Origin: Candidatus Poriferihabitaceae bacterium
Lineage (GTDB): Bacteria > Pseudomonadota > Gammaproteobacteria > Arenicellales > Poriferihabitantaceae
NCBI GenBank assembly: GCA_965204165.1
Contig: OZ241969.1
Location: 888,735-952,734, forward strand
Length of the DNA: 64,000 nucleotides
Direction: 5' to 3'
A program made the position numbers and the translations under genes. The notes below the pieces were generated by a model. It made no database searches and was not told where the DNA came from. It worked only from the letters and a program-made list of their open reading frames with translations. Of this stretch, positions 56,485 through 64,000 are shown piece by piece (position 1 is the first letter of the stretch; each line of letters starts with the position of its first letter).

Positions 56485-56868
56485 ATGAAACTGTTCACCA
56501 AGGAGCAGCGCAACAGGCTGCTCGACAACGGCCGGAAACGCCCCGAGAACCCGAAGCCCGTGGTCAAGCTGTTTGATCCCACGGGCGCGTCAACCTGGCT
56601 CTTCACCGAACTCGACGAGAACGGCGACACTCTTTTCGGCCTCGCCGACCTCGGCTTCGGTTTCCCGGAGCTTGGCTACTGCAGCCTCAACGAGATCGCC
56701 GCCCACCGCGGCCGCTTCGGTCTCGGCATCGAGCGCGATCTTTACTTCGAGGCGAAGCATCCGATCTCCGTCTACGCCGAGGCGGCGCGCAACGCCCGCC
56801 GCATCGTCGAAACCGGCGCCGAACTGGACGCCGCTGCCGAACGCCACACGGTCAAGGCAGAAGCCTGA
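56485..56868 (+). CDS. DUF2958 protein
   Basis: MKLFTKEQRNRLLDNGRK...PVVKLFDPTGASTWLFTELDENGDTLFGLADLGFGFPELGYCSLNEI is the characteristic DUF2958 N-terminal pattern. Confidence 0.8.
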   Translation: MKLFTKEQRNRLLDNGRKRPENPKPVVKLFDPTGASTWLFTELDENGDTLFGLADLGFGFPELGYCSLNEIAAHRGRFGLGIERDLYFEAKHPISVYAEAARNARRIVETGAELDAAAERHTVKAEA

Positions 56869-57049
56869 ACGCCTGACCCTTCCAACCCCGACCTTCCCCG
56901 CCTCCCGCCGTCAGGAGGCAGGGCGGAGTCGGTCCGGCCGATCCGCCCGGCCCCCGTGGGAGTTTCCTTCAAGCTCATCCACGGAGACCGGGTCTTTTCG
57001 AATTCCGCTGGTTCCCCCTCCGGAACCGCCAACCACTGAAGAGGAAAAC

Positions 57050-60000
57050 ATGCTCGACGCCACACAGGCGGCGGACGCCTCCGCACGCCCAGCCCCAGCC
57101 ATCGCTCCCGCACCCTCGACTACGCAGCCGTCCGGCGCGGGTCCGATCGTCGCCGCCGCCCGCATCCTGGCGCCCGTCCTCGAAGCCGGCCGGCCCATCG
57201 ACGCCGGAACCCTTCGCGATGCCATGACCCGGGCCTTCGGCGCGAACGACACCGAGGGCGCATGGGTCTGGAAGGACGCCTACGAAGCCGCCGAGGCTTC
57301 CGTTGTCCTTTTCATCAAGCGCTACGGACGTGCCATGCGGAAGCAGGCGGGCCCAGGTCAGGAAGGTCCCGCCAGGGTGCTGAGGATGCTGGAGGCCGTG
57401 GCGGCACTCGAACCCTCCCACACCAGGAGGTCCGACGAGCAGATCCGCCTCCAGCAGTTCTCCACCCCGCTTCCCCTCGCCTATGCCGCCCTGCAGGCCG
57501 CGGCCGTCCGTCCGGGGGACATCGTGCTGGAGCCCTCCGCCGGCACCGGCATGCTGGCCGTCATGGCCGAGTGCGCCCTCGGGGGCCGCACCCGGGATTG
57601 CCTCGTCCTGAACGAGCTCGCCCCGGTCCGCGCCGGGGTTCTCTCAAGCCTGTTTCCGGAGGCGTCCGTCACCCGGCACAATGCCGAGGCCATCGCGGAC
57701 TACCTGCCGTGCGTCCGGCCGTCCGTGGTGCTGATGAACCCTCCCTTCTCCGCCACCCCGGGGGTGTCGGGCAAGCGTCCCGACGCCGACCTCCGCCATA
57801 TCCGTTCCGCCTTCTCCACGCTGAAGCCCGGCGGCCGGCTCGTCGCCATCACCTCCGCGAACTGCATCCCCAACACCCCTTCCTGGCCTTTTTCGGCCTC
57901 AGTAGCGAGCGGCAAGGTAACCGCGAAGGTGGTGTTCACCATGGCCATCGACGGGAAGGCCTACGCAAGAAGGGGCACCAGCTTCGAAACTCGCCTGACC
58001 ATCCTGGATCATTCAAGCGCCAGAATTGAAGGGACCGGAACCCTTGACGTGAAGGCCCGCGCAGCGGACGCCGGGGAGCTGCTGGAGACGATCATCGCCA
58101 ATGTCCCGCCCCGGCTGCCGGTGGAGACGGAAACCACGGATCTGTTCGGCGCAGGGAGCCACATCCGTGCACCGGCGGGCAGGTCGGCAGGAACCGCAAG
58201 GCCATCCAAACCCCGGACCCCACGGCCGTCGACTGAAAGAAACTGGGGAGAGGTTGCTGAGCTTGCATACGATTCCAGCGCTCCCCCCACGGGCGAGGAT
58301 GAAGCCAGAACCTCAAGCATGGAAAAGGGGAATTATGAGGCCTGGCGGCCTACCGTCGTTCGGCTCCCGGGGGCCGTCCGGCATCCGACCCCGCTGGTGC
58401 AGTCCGCCGCCATGGCCGCGGTGTCCCACCCCGTACCATCCTGGCGCCCCATGCTGCCCGAGCGGGTGGTGAAGGAGGGACTGCTATCCGACGCCCAGCT
58501 CGAAAGCGTGGTCCTCGCCGGCGAGGCGTTTTCAAGTCACCTCGGCGGTCAGTACCGAATCGGCTCCGGCTGGGAGACCGTGGCCCGCTGCGACGGTATT
58601 CATGACGAAAGCCGCAACAGTGTAAGCTACACCGAGACAGTATACAGCCGGGACGGGAACAGCCCTGCCGATGACGCCGAAAAAATGTCGGGGCCGGTGC
58701 GGTTTCGGAGGGGATGGATGCTGGGCGACGGCACCGGCTGCGGCAAGGGCCGCCAGGTATCCGGCATCCTGCTCGACGGCTGGCTGCGCGGCAGGCGGAA
58801 GGCACTCTGGCTCTCCCAGTCCGACAAGCTCCTCGAGGACGCGCGCAGGGACTGGATGTCGCTCGGCGGCAGGGCGGAAGACGTGATCCCGGTGGGACGG
58901 TTCCGCCAGGGCGACCTCATCCCCTACGACGAGGGGATCCTCTTCGCCACATACGCCACCCTCCGTTCCCCCGCCCGCATGAACAGACCCTCGCGGCTGG
59001 AGCAGATTGTCGCGTGGCTCGCCGGAAGCCTGGAGGAGAAGGACCGCCACGCCTTCGACGGCCTTGTGATCTTCGACGAGGCCCACGCGATGGCGAACGC
59101 CGGGGGATCGAAGGGAGAACGGGGGGACGTCGCGCCCTCCCAGCAGGGGCGCGCCGGCCTCCGGCTCCAGAACGCCCTGCCGGACGCCCGGATCGCCTAC
59201 GTCTCGGCCACCGGCGCCACCACTGTGCCGGGCCTGGCATATGCGGGGCGGTTGGGCCTCTGGGCTTCCGGGGACACCCCCTTCGAGGACCGGTCGGATT
59301 TCATCGCCGCCATGGAGGCCGGCGGTGTTGCGGCGCTGGAGGTGGTCGCAAGGGACCTGCAGGCATTGGGCCTCTACCAGGCCCGCGCCCTCAGCTACGA
59401 CGGCATCGAGGTCGATATTCTCGAACACCCTCTTTCGGACGCGCAGCGCGGGATCTACGACGACTTTGCCAATGCCTTCCGGATCATTCACCAGAACTTG
59501 GAAGAAGCGCTGCGGGCCACGGGGATCATGGACGGGGAGTCGACGCTGAACAGGCGGGCCAGGGCGGCCGCCCTGTCCGCCTTCGAGTCCGCCAAGCAGC
59601 GGTTCTTCGGCTATCTGCTGACCGGCATGAAGTGTCCCTCCCTGATCCGCTCCGTGGAGTCCGATCTTGAAGATGAAAAAAGCGTGGTGATTCAGCTGGT
59701 CTCGACAGGGGAGGCGCTCATGGAGCGCAGGGTCGCGGAAATACCGCCTTCGGAGTGGGACGACCTCAACGTCGACCTGACGCCCCGGGAACTGGTCATC
59801 GAGTACCTGTCCCACGCCTTTCCGGTCCAGTTGCAGGAACCCTTCACAGACGAGGAAGGGAATCTTCTCTCGAAACCCGTATTCGACGAGGACGGGAATC
59901 CGGTGCTCTGCCGGCAGGCGGTCGCCGCCCGGGACGCGCTGATCGAACAGCTCGCATCCCTCCCCCCGGTGCCGTCGGCCCTGGACCGGATCGTCCAGCA

Positions 60001-61627
60001 CTTCGGCCACGACGCCGTGGCGGAAGTCACGGGGCGTTCCCGCCGCGTTCTGAAAATAACCGACTCGAGCGGCGAGCGCCTTGCCCTCCGCAGCCGTCCG
60101 GCCTCCGCCAACCTCGCCGAGGCTGCCGCCTTCATGAACGGCGAGAAGAGGATCCTCGTCTTCAGCATGGCGGGGGGGACCGGCCGCAGCTACCACGCGG
60201 ATCTTTCCTGCGCCAACACCAGGCGCCGGGTCCATTACCTGCTGGAGCCCGGCTGGCGGGCGGACCAGGCGATCCAGGGCCTGGGGCGCACCCACCGCAC
60301 CCACCAGGCCTCGGCGCCCCTGTTCCGTCCCGTGACCACGGACGTGAAGGGCGAGCGGAGATTCATCGCCACGATCGCGAGGCGCCTCGATTCCCTGGGG
60401 GCCATCACCCGGGGCCAGCGGAACTCCCAGACCGCCATGGGCGGGGGGCGTTCCCTCTTCCGGTCCAGCGACAACCTCGAGAGCCCCTACGCGCTGGCCG
60501 CCCTGCGCATGTTCTACTCGTCGCTCTGGCTGGGCAGGATATCCGGATGGTCGGTGGAGAAGTTCGAAAACGCCACGGGGCTCAAACTGGTCCACGAGGG
60601 CTCCCTGCGGGAGAACCTGCCGCCGATGCCGCAGTTCCTCAACCGCCTGCTGGCACTGCCCATCGACGAGCAGAACCTGCTGTTCGACGAACTGGAGACG
60701 CGCATCGATTCCAACATCGAACAGGCGAAGGAGGCGGGCACCTACGAGGTCGGCGTCGAGGTCCTCCGCGCCGATTCTCTTTCAATCGTCAGTCGCGAGG
60801 TTCTTTCGCGCCATCCCGGCACGGGGGCGGTCACCGAGCTGGTCGGCATTCTCCGGCGGGACCGGATGAGGCCCACTACCGCCGACGGCGCCCTCGACAT
60901 GGTTTCACATGCGGCAGGATCCTGCGGCATAAGGAAAACCGGGGTGCCGTGTATCGCAATCAACACCCGGTCCATGCGCGCCGCCACCGTCCTGCCGGCG
61001 CCCGCCCATGTCTTCGACGACGGGGGGATGCAGGAACGCGTGCGCCTCTACCGGCCGTCTACCCGCGACACCATGGCCAGGGACGAGCTGAACGCCTCGA
61101 ACTGGCGGCGCGTGGACATGGACGACGAGGCCGAACTGGCGAATTGGCGCTCTCTATGGGAGCAGGAAATCAGTACGCTGCCGAAGCACAGGGAATCCCG
61201 GCTGTGGCTCGCCGCCGGACTGCTGCTGCCGGTCTGGGACAGGCTGCCGGAAGAAAACATGCGCGTCCGCCGGCTCACCGCCGACACGGGGGAGACCCTC
61301 ATCGGCCGGGTGCTCGAAGCCGGTCAGGTCGGCGCCGTGCGCGCGGCCTTCGGCCTGGACGGGGGGTTCGCCATGACCGGCAGGGAGGCCTTCGACGCCG
61401 TCATGGGACAGGGGACGCCGCTCTCCCTTGCGGGAGGCTGGCGCCTCGCCCGGCGGCGCATCATGGGCGCCGACCGCATCGAGGTCGAGGGGGCCTCGGG
61501 GAGCGACCTGCAGCTGCTCAAGCGGCTCGGCTGCACCACGGAGATTATTTCCTGGCGCACCCGGGCATTCGCCCCCGACGCCGACACGGTCGGCCGCATC
61601 CTGGAACGCCGGCCCCTCGCCGGCTGA
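57050..61627 (+). CDS. fused N6-DNA methyltransferase / SNF2-like helicase (strawberry-notch-type)
   Basis: SAM-binding LEPSAGTGML and catalytic NPPF. Helicase motif I DGTGCGKGRQ and motif II VIFDEAHAMAN. About 1525 aa from ATG 57050. Confidence 0.85.
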   Translation: MLDATQAADASARPAPAIAPAPSTTQPSGAGPIVAAARILAPVLEAGRPIDAGTLRDAMTRAFGANDTEGAWVWKDAYEAAEASVVLFIKRYGRAMRKQAGPGQEGPARVLRMLEAVAALEPSHTRRSDEQIRLQQFSTPLPLAYAALQAAAVRPGDIVLEPSAGTGMLAVMAECALGGRTRDCLVLNELAPVRAGVLSSLFPEASVTRHNAEAIADYLPCVRPSVVLMNPPFSATPGVSGKRPDADLRHIRSAFSTLKPGGRLVAITSANCIPNTPSWPFSASVASGKVTAKVVFTMAIDGKAYARRGTSFETRLTILDHSSARIEGTGTLDVKARAADAGELLETIIANVPPRLPVETETTDLFGAGSHIRAPAGRSAGTARPSKPRTPRPSTERNWGEVAELAYDSSAPPTGEDEARTSSMEKGNYEAWRPTVVRLPGAVRHPTPLVQSAAMAAVSHPVPSWRPMLPERVVKEGLLSDAQLESVVLAGEAFSSHLGGQYRIGSGWETVARCDGIHDESRNSVSYTETVYSRDGNSPADDAEKMSGPVRFRRGWMLGDGTGCGKGRQVSGILLDGWLRGRRKALWLSQSDKLLEDARRDWMSLGGRAEDVIPVGRFRQGDLIPYDEGILFATYATLRSPARMNRPSRLEQIVAWLAGSLEEKDRHAFDGLVIFDEAHAMANAGGSKGERGDVAPSQQGRAGLRLQNALPDARIAYVSATGATTVPGLAYAGRLGLWASGDTPFEDRSDFIAAMEAGGVAALEVVARDLQALGLYQARALSYDGIEVDILEHPLSDAQRGIYDDFANAFRIIHQNLEEALRATGIMDGESTLNRRARAAALSAFESAKQRFFGYLLTGMKCPSLIRSVESDLEDEKSVVIQLVSTGEALMERRVAEIPPSEWDDLNVDLTPRELVIEYLSHAFPVQLQEPFTDEEGNLLSKPVFDEDGNPVLCRQAVAARDALIEQLASLPPVPSALDRIVQHFGHDAVAEVTGRSRRVLKITDSSGERLALRSRPASANLAEAAAFMNGEKRILVFSMAGGTGRSYHADLSCANTRRRVHYLLEPGWRADQAIQGLGRTHRTHQASAPLFRPVTTDVKGERRFIATIARRLDSLGAITRGQRNSQTAMGGGRSLFRSSDNLESPYALAALRMFYSSLWLGRISGWSVEKFENATGLKLVHEGSLRENLPPMPQFLNRLLALPIDEQNLLFDELETRIDSNIEQAKEAGTYEVGVEVLRADSLSIVSREVLSRHPGTGAVTELVGILRRDRMRPTTADGALDMVSHAAGSCGIRKTGVPCIAINTRSMRAATVLPAPAHVFDDGGMQERVRLYRPSTRDTMARDELNASNWRRVDMDDEAELANWRSLWEQEISTLPKHRESRLWLAAGLLLPVWDRLPEENMRVRRLTADTGETLIGRVLEAGQVGAVRAAFGLDGGFAMTGREAFDAVMGQGTPLSLAGGWRLARRRIMGADRIEVEGASGSDLQLLKRLGCTTEIISWRTRAFAPDADTVGRILERRPLAG

Positions 61628-61666
61628 TTTCCCCAGGGCCTGCATACATCGCCGGAGGACCGGATC

Positions 61667-61966
61667 ATGCTTTGCCCGCTTTGCCGGAAAACACCGACGC
61701 CGCTTCCGGGCGACCCCGTGCAGTGGCGGTTCTGCCCCGAGTGCGAGCCGAAGATCAACCCGGAGCAATGGGCCCGGATCGGGGAATCGGATCGCAGGGT
61801 TTGGGATGCCGTTCGCAGCGACGCATCGAGCCATGAACGATGGCTGGAGCGAATCTATTACGCCATGGCGATCGGAGAGATCGGGCGAATGACGGGGAGA
61901 ACCATCGCGCCGCGGGACCGCACCGGGAAGCCGGAGTCTCGGCAAATGAGGATTCCGAATGTGTAG
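61667..61966 (+). CDS. small zinc-ribbon hypothetical protein
   Basis: MLCPLCRK...RFCPECEPK (CxxC...CxxC). Confidence 0.45.
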   Translation: MLCPLCRKTPTPLPGDPVQWRFCPECEPKINPEQWARIGESDRRVWDAVRSDASSHERWLERIYYAMAIGEIGRMTGRTIAPRDRTGKPESRQMRIPNV

Positions 61967-62224
61967 CAATGACGCATGCCTCATTTTTTTGTTCTCCAGT
62001 CACGCCGCTAGGTACGTACTGCCGTCCCGCCGTCCGCTGATTTATCCAGCGTAACCATCCGACCCTTGTACGTACAGCCGTCCCTCCACCCTTCGGTTTC
62101 TTCTGCGCCGGAATCTGGCGCTTGAAAAAAGTTATTATTTGTCGGTGTGCGGCTTCCCGAAGCCGCTGCCATCTTCCGCGCCGCCCTTCATTGGCGGCCC
62201 CACCATCTTCAGGGAGACAACTCC

Positions 62225-62494
62225 ATGACCGCCCAGACCCTGCCCGACAACCCCAACTACTGCTTCTGCCCCTCCTACGACGTCGGGGACGAGGTGCAGC
62301 AGATCCGCATCGTGGTCGAAGGCATGACCGGCTTCATCCCCACCGCCCTGGTGGCGCTGACCATGGAGGATGCGGAGAACATCTGCGACAAGCTGAACTC
62401 CCGCCTCGGCCTGGACCGGGAGGCATGGGTCCGGCTGGCGGCGCAGTCCATGGACGAAGAGCACGACGAACCCGGCGACCCTGCTGTGCACTGA
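62225..62494 (+). CDS. hypothetical protein (89 aa)
   Basis: AGGGAGA SD 7 nt before the ATG. MTAQTLPDNPNYCFCPSYDVGDEVQQIRIVVEGMTGF.... Confidence 0.5.
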   Translation: MTAQTLPDNPNYCFCPSYDVGDEVQQIRIVVEGMTGFIPTALVALTMEDAENICDKLNSRLGLDREAWVRLAAQSMDEEHDEPGDPAVH

Positions 62495-62635
62495 TTTTTT
62501 CATGCTTCAGGTTCAGGCGCCGGGGTTTACGGACAGGCGGAGGTGGAGTGTGGCCGGAAGGAGGGCGAAGGCCGTGGGCGGAAGTGGGGCCCATGACGTT
62601 CTTCCCTTCCCGACCACCGACCCGGAGACCGTGAC

Positions 62636-63172
62636 ATGAGCGATATGAAGAACCTGATCTATGCGGGCATCGGCTCCCGCGCCACCCCGCCTGAAACCCT
62701 CGACGACATGACGAAAATCGCCGGCTGGCTGGCGCGGAACGGCTGGCACCTCTCCACCGGCGGCGCCGACGGGGCGGATACCGCGTTTGCCGGGGGCGCG
62801 CCGGCCGGTCGCCGGACCATCCATCTCCCCTGGCGCGGGTACAACGGCCACGGGGGGGCGGACTGCCACGTGCCCTCCGACGAACAGATGGCCGCCTGCA
62901 TGCGGATCGCATCGCGCCTCCACCCCGCCTGGTCCCGCTGTTCCGCCGCCGCACGGAAGCTGCATGCCAGGAACTGTTCTATCTTGCTCGGCGCCCAGCT
63001 CGACCGGCCCGTGGACGCGGTGGTCGCATGGACTCCGGAAGGACGCGAACAGGGCGGTACCGGGATGGGAATCCGGATCGCGGCGAAACACGGAATTCCC
63101 GTGCTGAATCTCGGCGTCCTCGACCCCCGTACCGTCTGCGAACGCCTCCAGGCCATCCGCCGCGGCGCCTGA
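62636..63172 (+). CDS. DprA/Smf-like (SLOG-fold) protein
   Basis: IYAGIGSRATPPETLDDMTKIAGWLARNGWHLSTGGADGADTAFAGGA resembles the DprA Rossmann core GSR..t.....a..la..L...g..vvSGlA.GiD. Confidence 0.65.
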   Translation: MSDMKNLIYAGIGSRATPPETLDDMTKIAGWLARNGWHLSTGGADGADTAFAGGAPAGRRTIHLPWRGYNGHGGADCHVPSDEQMAACMRIASRLHPAWSRCSAAARKLHARNCSILLGAQLDRPVDAVVAWTPEGREQGGTGMGIRIAAKHGIPVLNLGVLDPRTVCERLQAIRRGA

Positions 63173-63298
63173 CTTTTTTCTCCCTCCCTGGAAAGAGCCG
63201 GGGCCGAGGCTGGAAAGAAATGAACGCTCCGCGGGGGAGAGGGAGAACGGCTTCCCTCCCGGCGCAGGGCGGAACCTTCAGTACGGGAGATTCTTTCC

Positions 63299-63433
63299 AT
63301 ATTCATTCTCGACCAGCCGGTGCAATCCGGTCCGGACCTGCTCGTTGAAATCGGGTTCGATCCACAGGCCATCCAGCAGATCCTCGACGAACCCGCCACG
63401 TTCGACGTCCGTGGCGAAGACGAAGAGAGGTAA
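63299..63433 (+). CDS. homologue of the small acidic ORF 1722-1889, without a canonical start
   Basis: ...GPDLLVEIGFDPQAIQQILDEPATFDVRGEDEER* aligns with SPDQLLGEIGLDSQVVREILDD. The position equivalent to the ATG reads ATA, behind the conserved GGGAGA. Confidence 0.3.
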   Translation: MFILDQPVQSGPDLLVEIGFDPQAIQQILDEPATFDVRGEDEER

Positions 63434-63562
63434 GGAGGGTTTGGAGAAGATGAACCGAAGGGGGGCCGGAGAGAGATGAATCCGGTCCCCCGGGGGTTCG
63501 TTCCATCGTTTTTTTCCGTTTTTTTCCGTTTTACCAACCAACGTTACCTCAGGAGGTACATC

Positions 63563-64000
63563 ATGGCTTTTGGTCTGAACAAGGTCTCCCTCATCGGGAG
63601 AATCGGCGCGGACGTCACCGTCAACCACCTCACCAGCGGCGGGCGGGTCGCCAACCTCAGCGTCGCAACCGACGAATCCTACGTCAACAAGCAGACCGGC
63701 GAGCGGGTCGACCGCACCGAGTGGCACCGCCTGGTCACCTTCCAGGACGGCCTGATCACCATGCTGGAGAAGCACGCGAAGAAGGGCCGCCTGGTCTACG
63801 TCGACGGCAAGCTCCAGACCCGCCGCTGGCGCAAGGACGGCGAGGAATCCGACCGGTTCTCCACCGAGATCATGCTCGTGCCCGGTTGCCGCGTGCAGTT
63901 CCTCGAGAAGCCGAGCCACGGCGCCCAGCCACCGGCCGCCGAGGCCGCGCCGCAGGATGCCGCACCGGCCAGCCCGGTCGACATGGACGACGATATCCCG
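63563..64000 (+). CDS. ssb: single-stranded DNA-binding protein, second copy (runs off window end)
   Basis: Absent from the ORF track because no stop falls in the window. GGAGG SD. MAFGLNKVSLIGRIGADVTVNHLTSGGRVANLSVATDESY...LQTRRWRKDGEESDRFSTEIML...VDMDDDIP. Confidence 0.95.
   Translation, partial: MAFGLNKVSLIGRIGADVTVNHLTSGGRVANLSVATDESYVNKQTGERVDRTEWHRLVTFQDGLITMLEKHAKKGRLVYVDGKLQTRRWRKDGEESDRFSTEIMLVPGCRVQFLEKPSHGAQPPAAEAAPQDAAPASPVDMDDDIP

Overview
High-GC (about 65% by eye) proteobacterial accessory DNA, heavily rearranged. Both edges carry conjugative-element or plasmid-type backbone genes, with diverged ssb modules facing each other in inverted orientation. The right backbone runs MoxR ATPase, DUF3150, VWA, ParB-like, GHKL ATPase, DUF2958, MTase/SNF2 helicase, DprA-like, ssb.

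Between the edges are three paralogous giant autotransporter-like surface-protein genes with FN3, Calx-beta and cadherin-like passengers. One is intact, one is intact and followed by a lipoprotein gene, and one is truncated by a transposon. Two of the three sit behind a conserved leader cassette: a consensus-like sigma70 promoter followed directly by a 7-nt tandem repeat (GCCAGCG, 13 and 16 units). I read this as a candidate slipped-strand phase-variation switch.

At least eight mobile elements are present:
- two IS110-type copies
- an IS5/ISNCY-like IS with a TATA duplication
- a DUF4338-ISAs1 transposase split at a perfect A_AAA_AAG slippery heptamer
- an IS66 with an 8-bp target-site duplication (TSD)
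- a nested, decayed recombinase-in-trio (RIT) element, i.e. one RIT plus a remnant of a second
- a Mu/Tn7-superfamily transposon with four translationally coupled genes, including a Toprim protein

A low-GC island (about 42.4-47.4 kb) holds two adjacent HEPN-motif proteins, one with a 16-17 aa tandem-repeat N-terminus and one with a multi-zinc-ribbon tail. The second is interrupted by an IS110 element. I consider this island and the heptanucleotide switch the best candidates for something undescribed.

All calls come from reading the sequence and ORF translations by hand. No searches were run.
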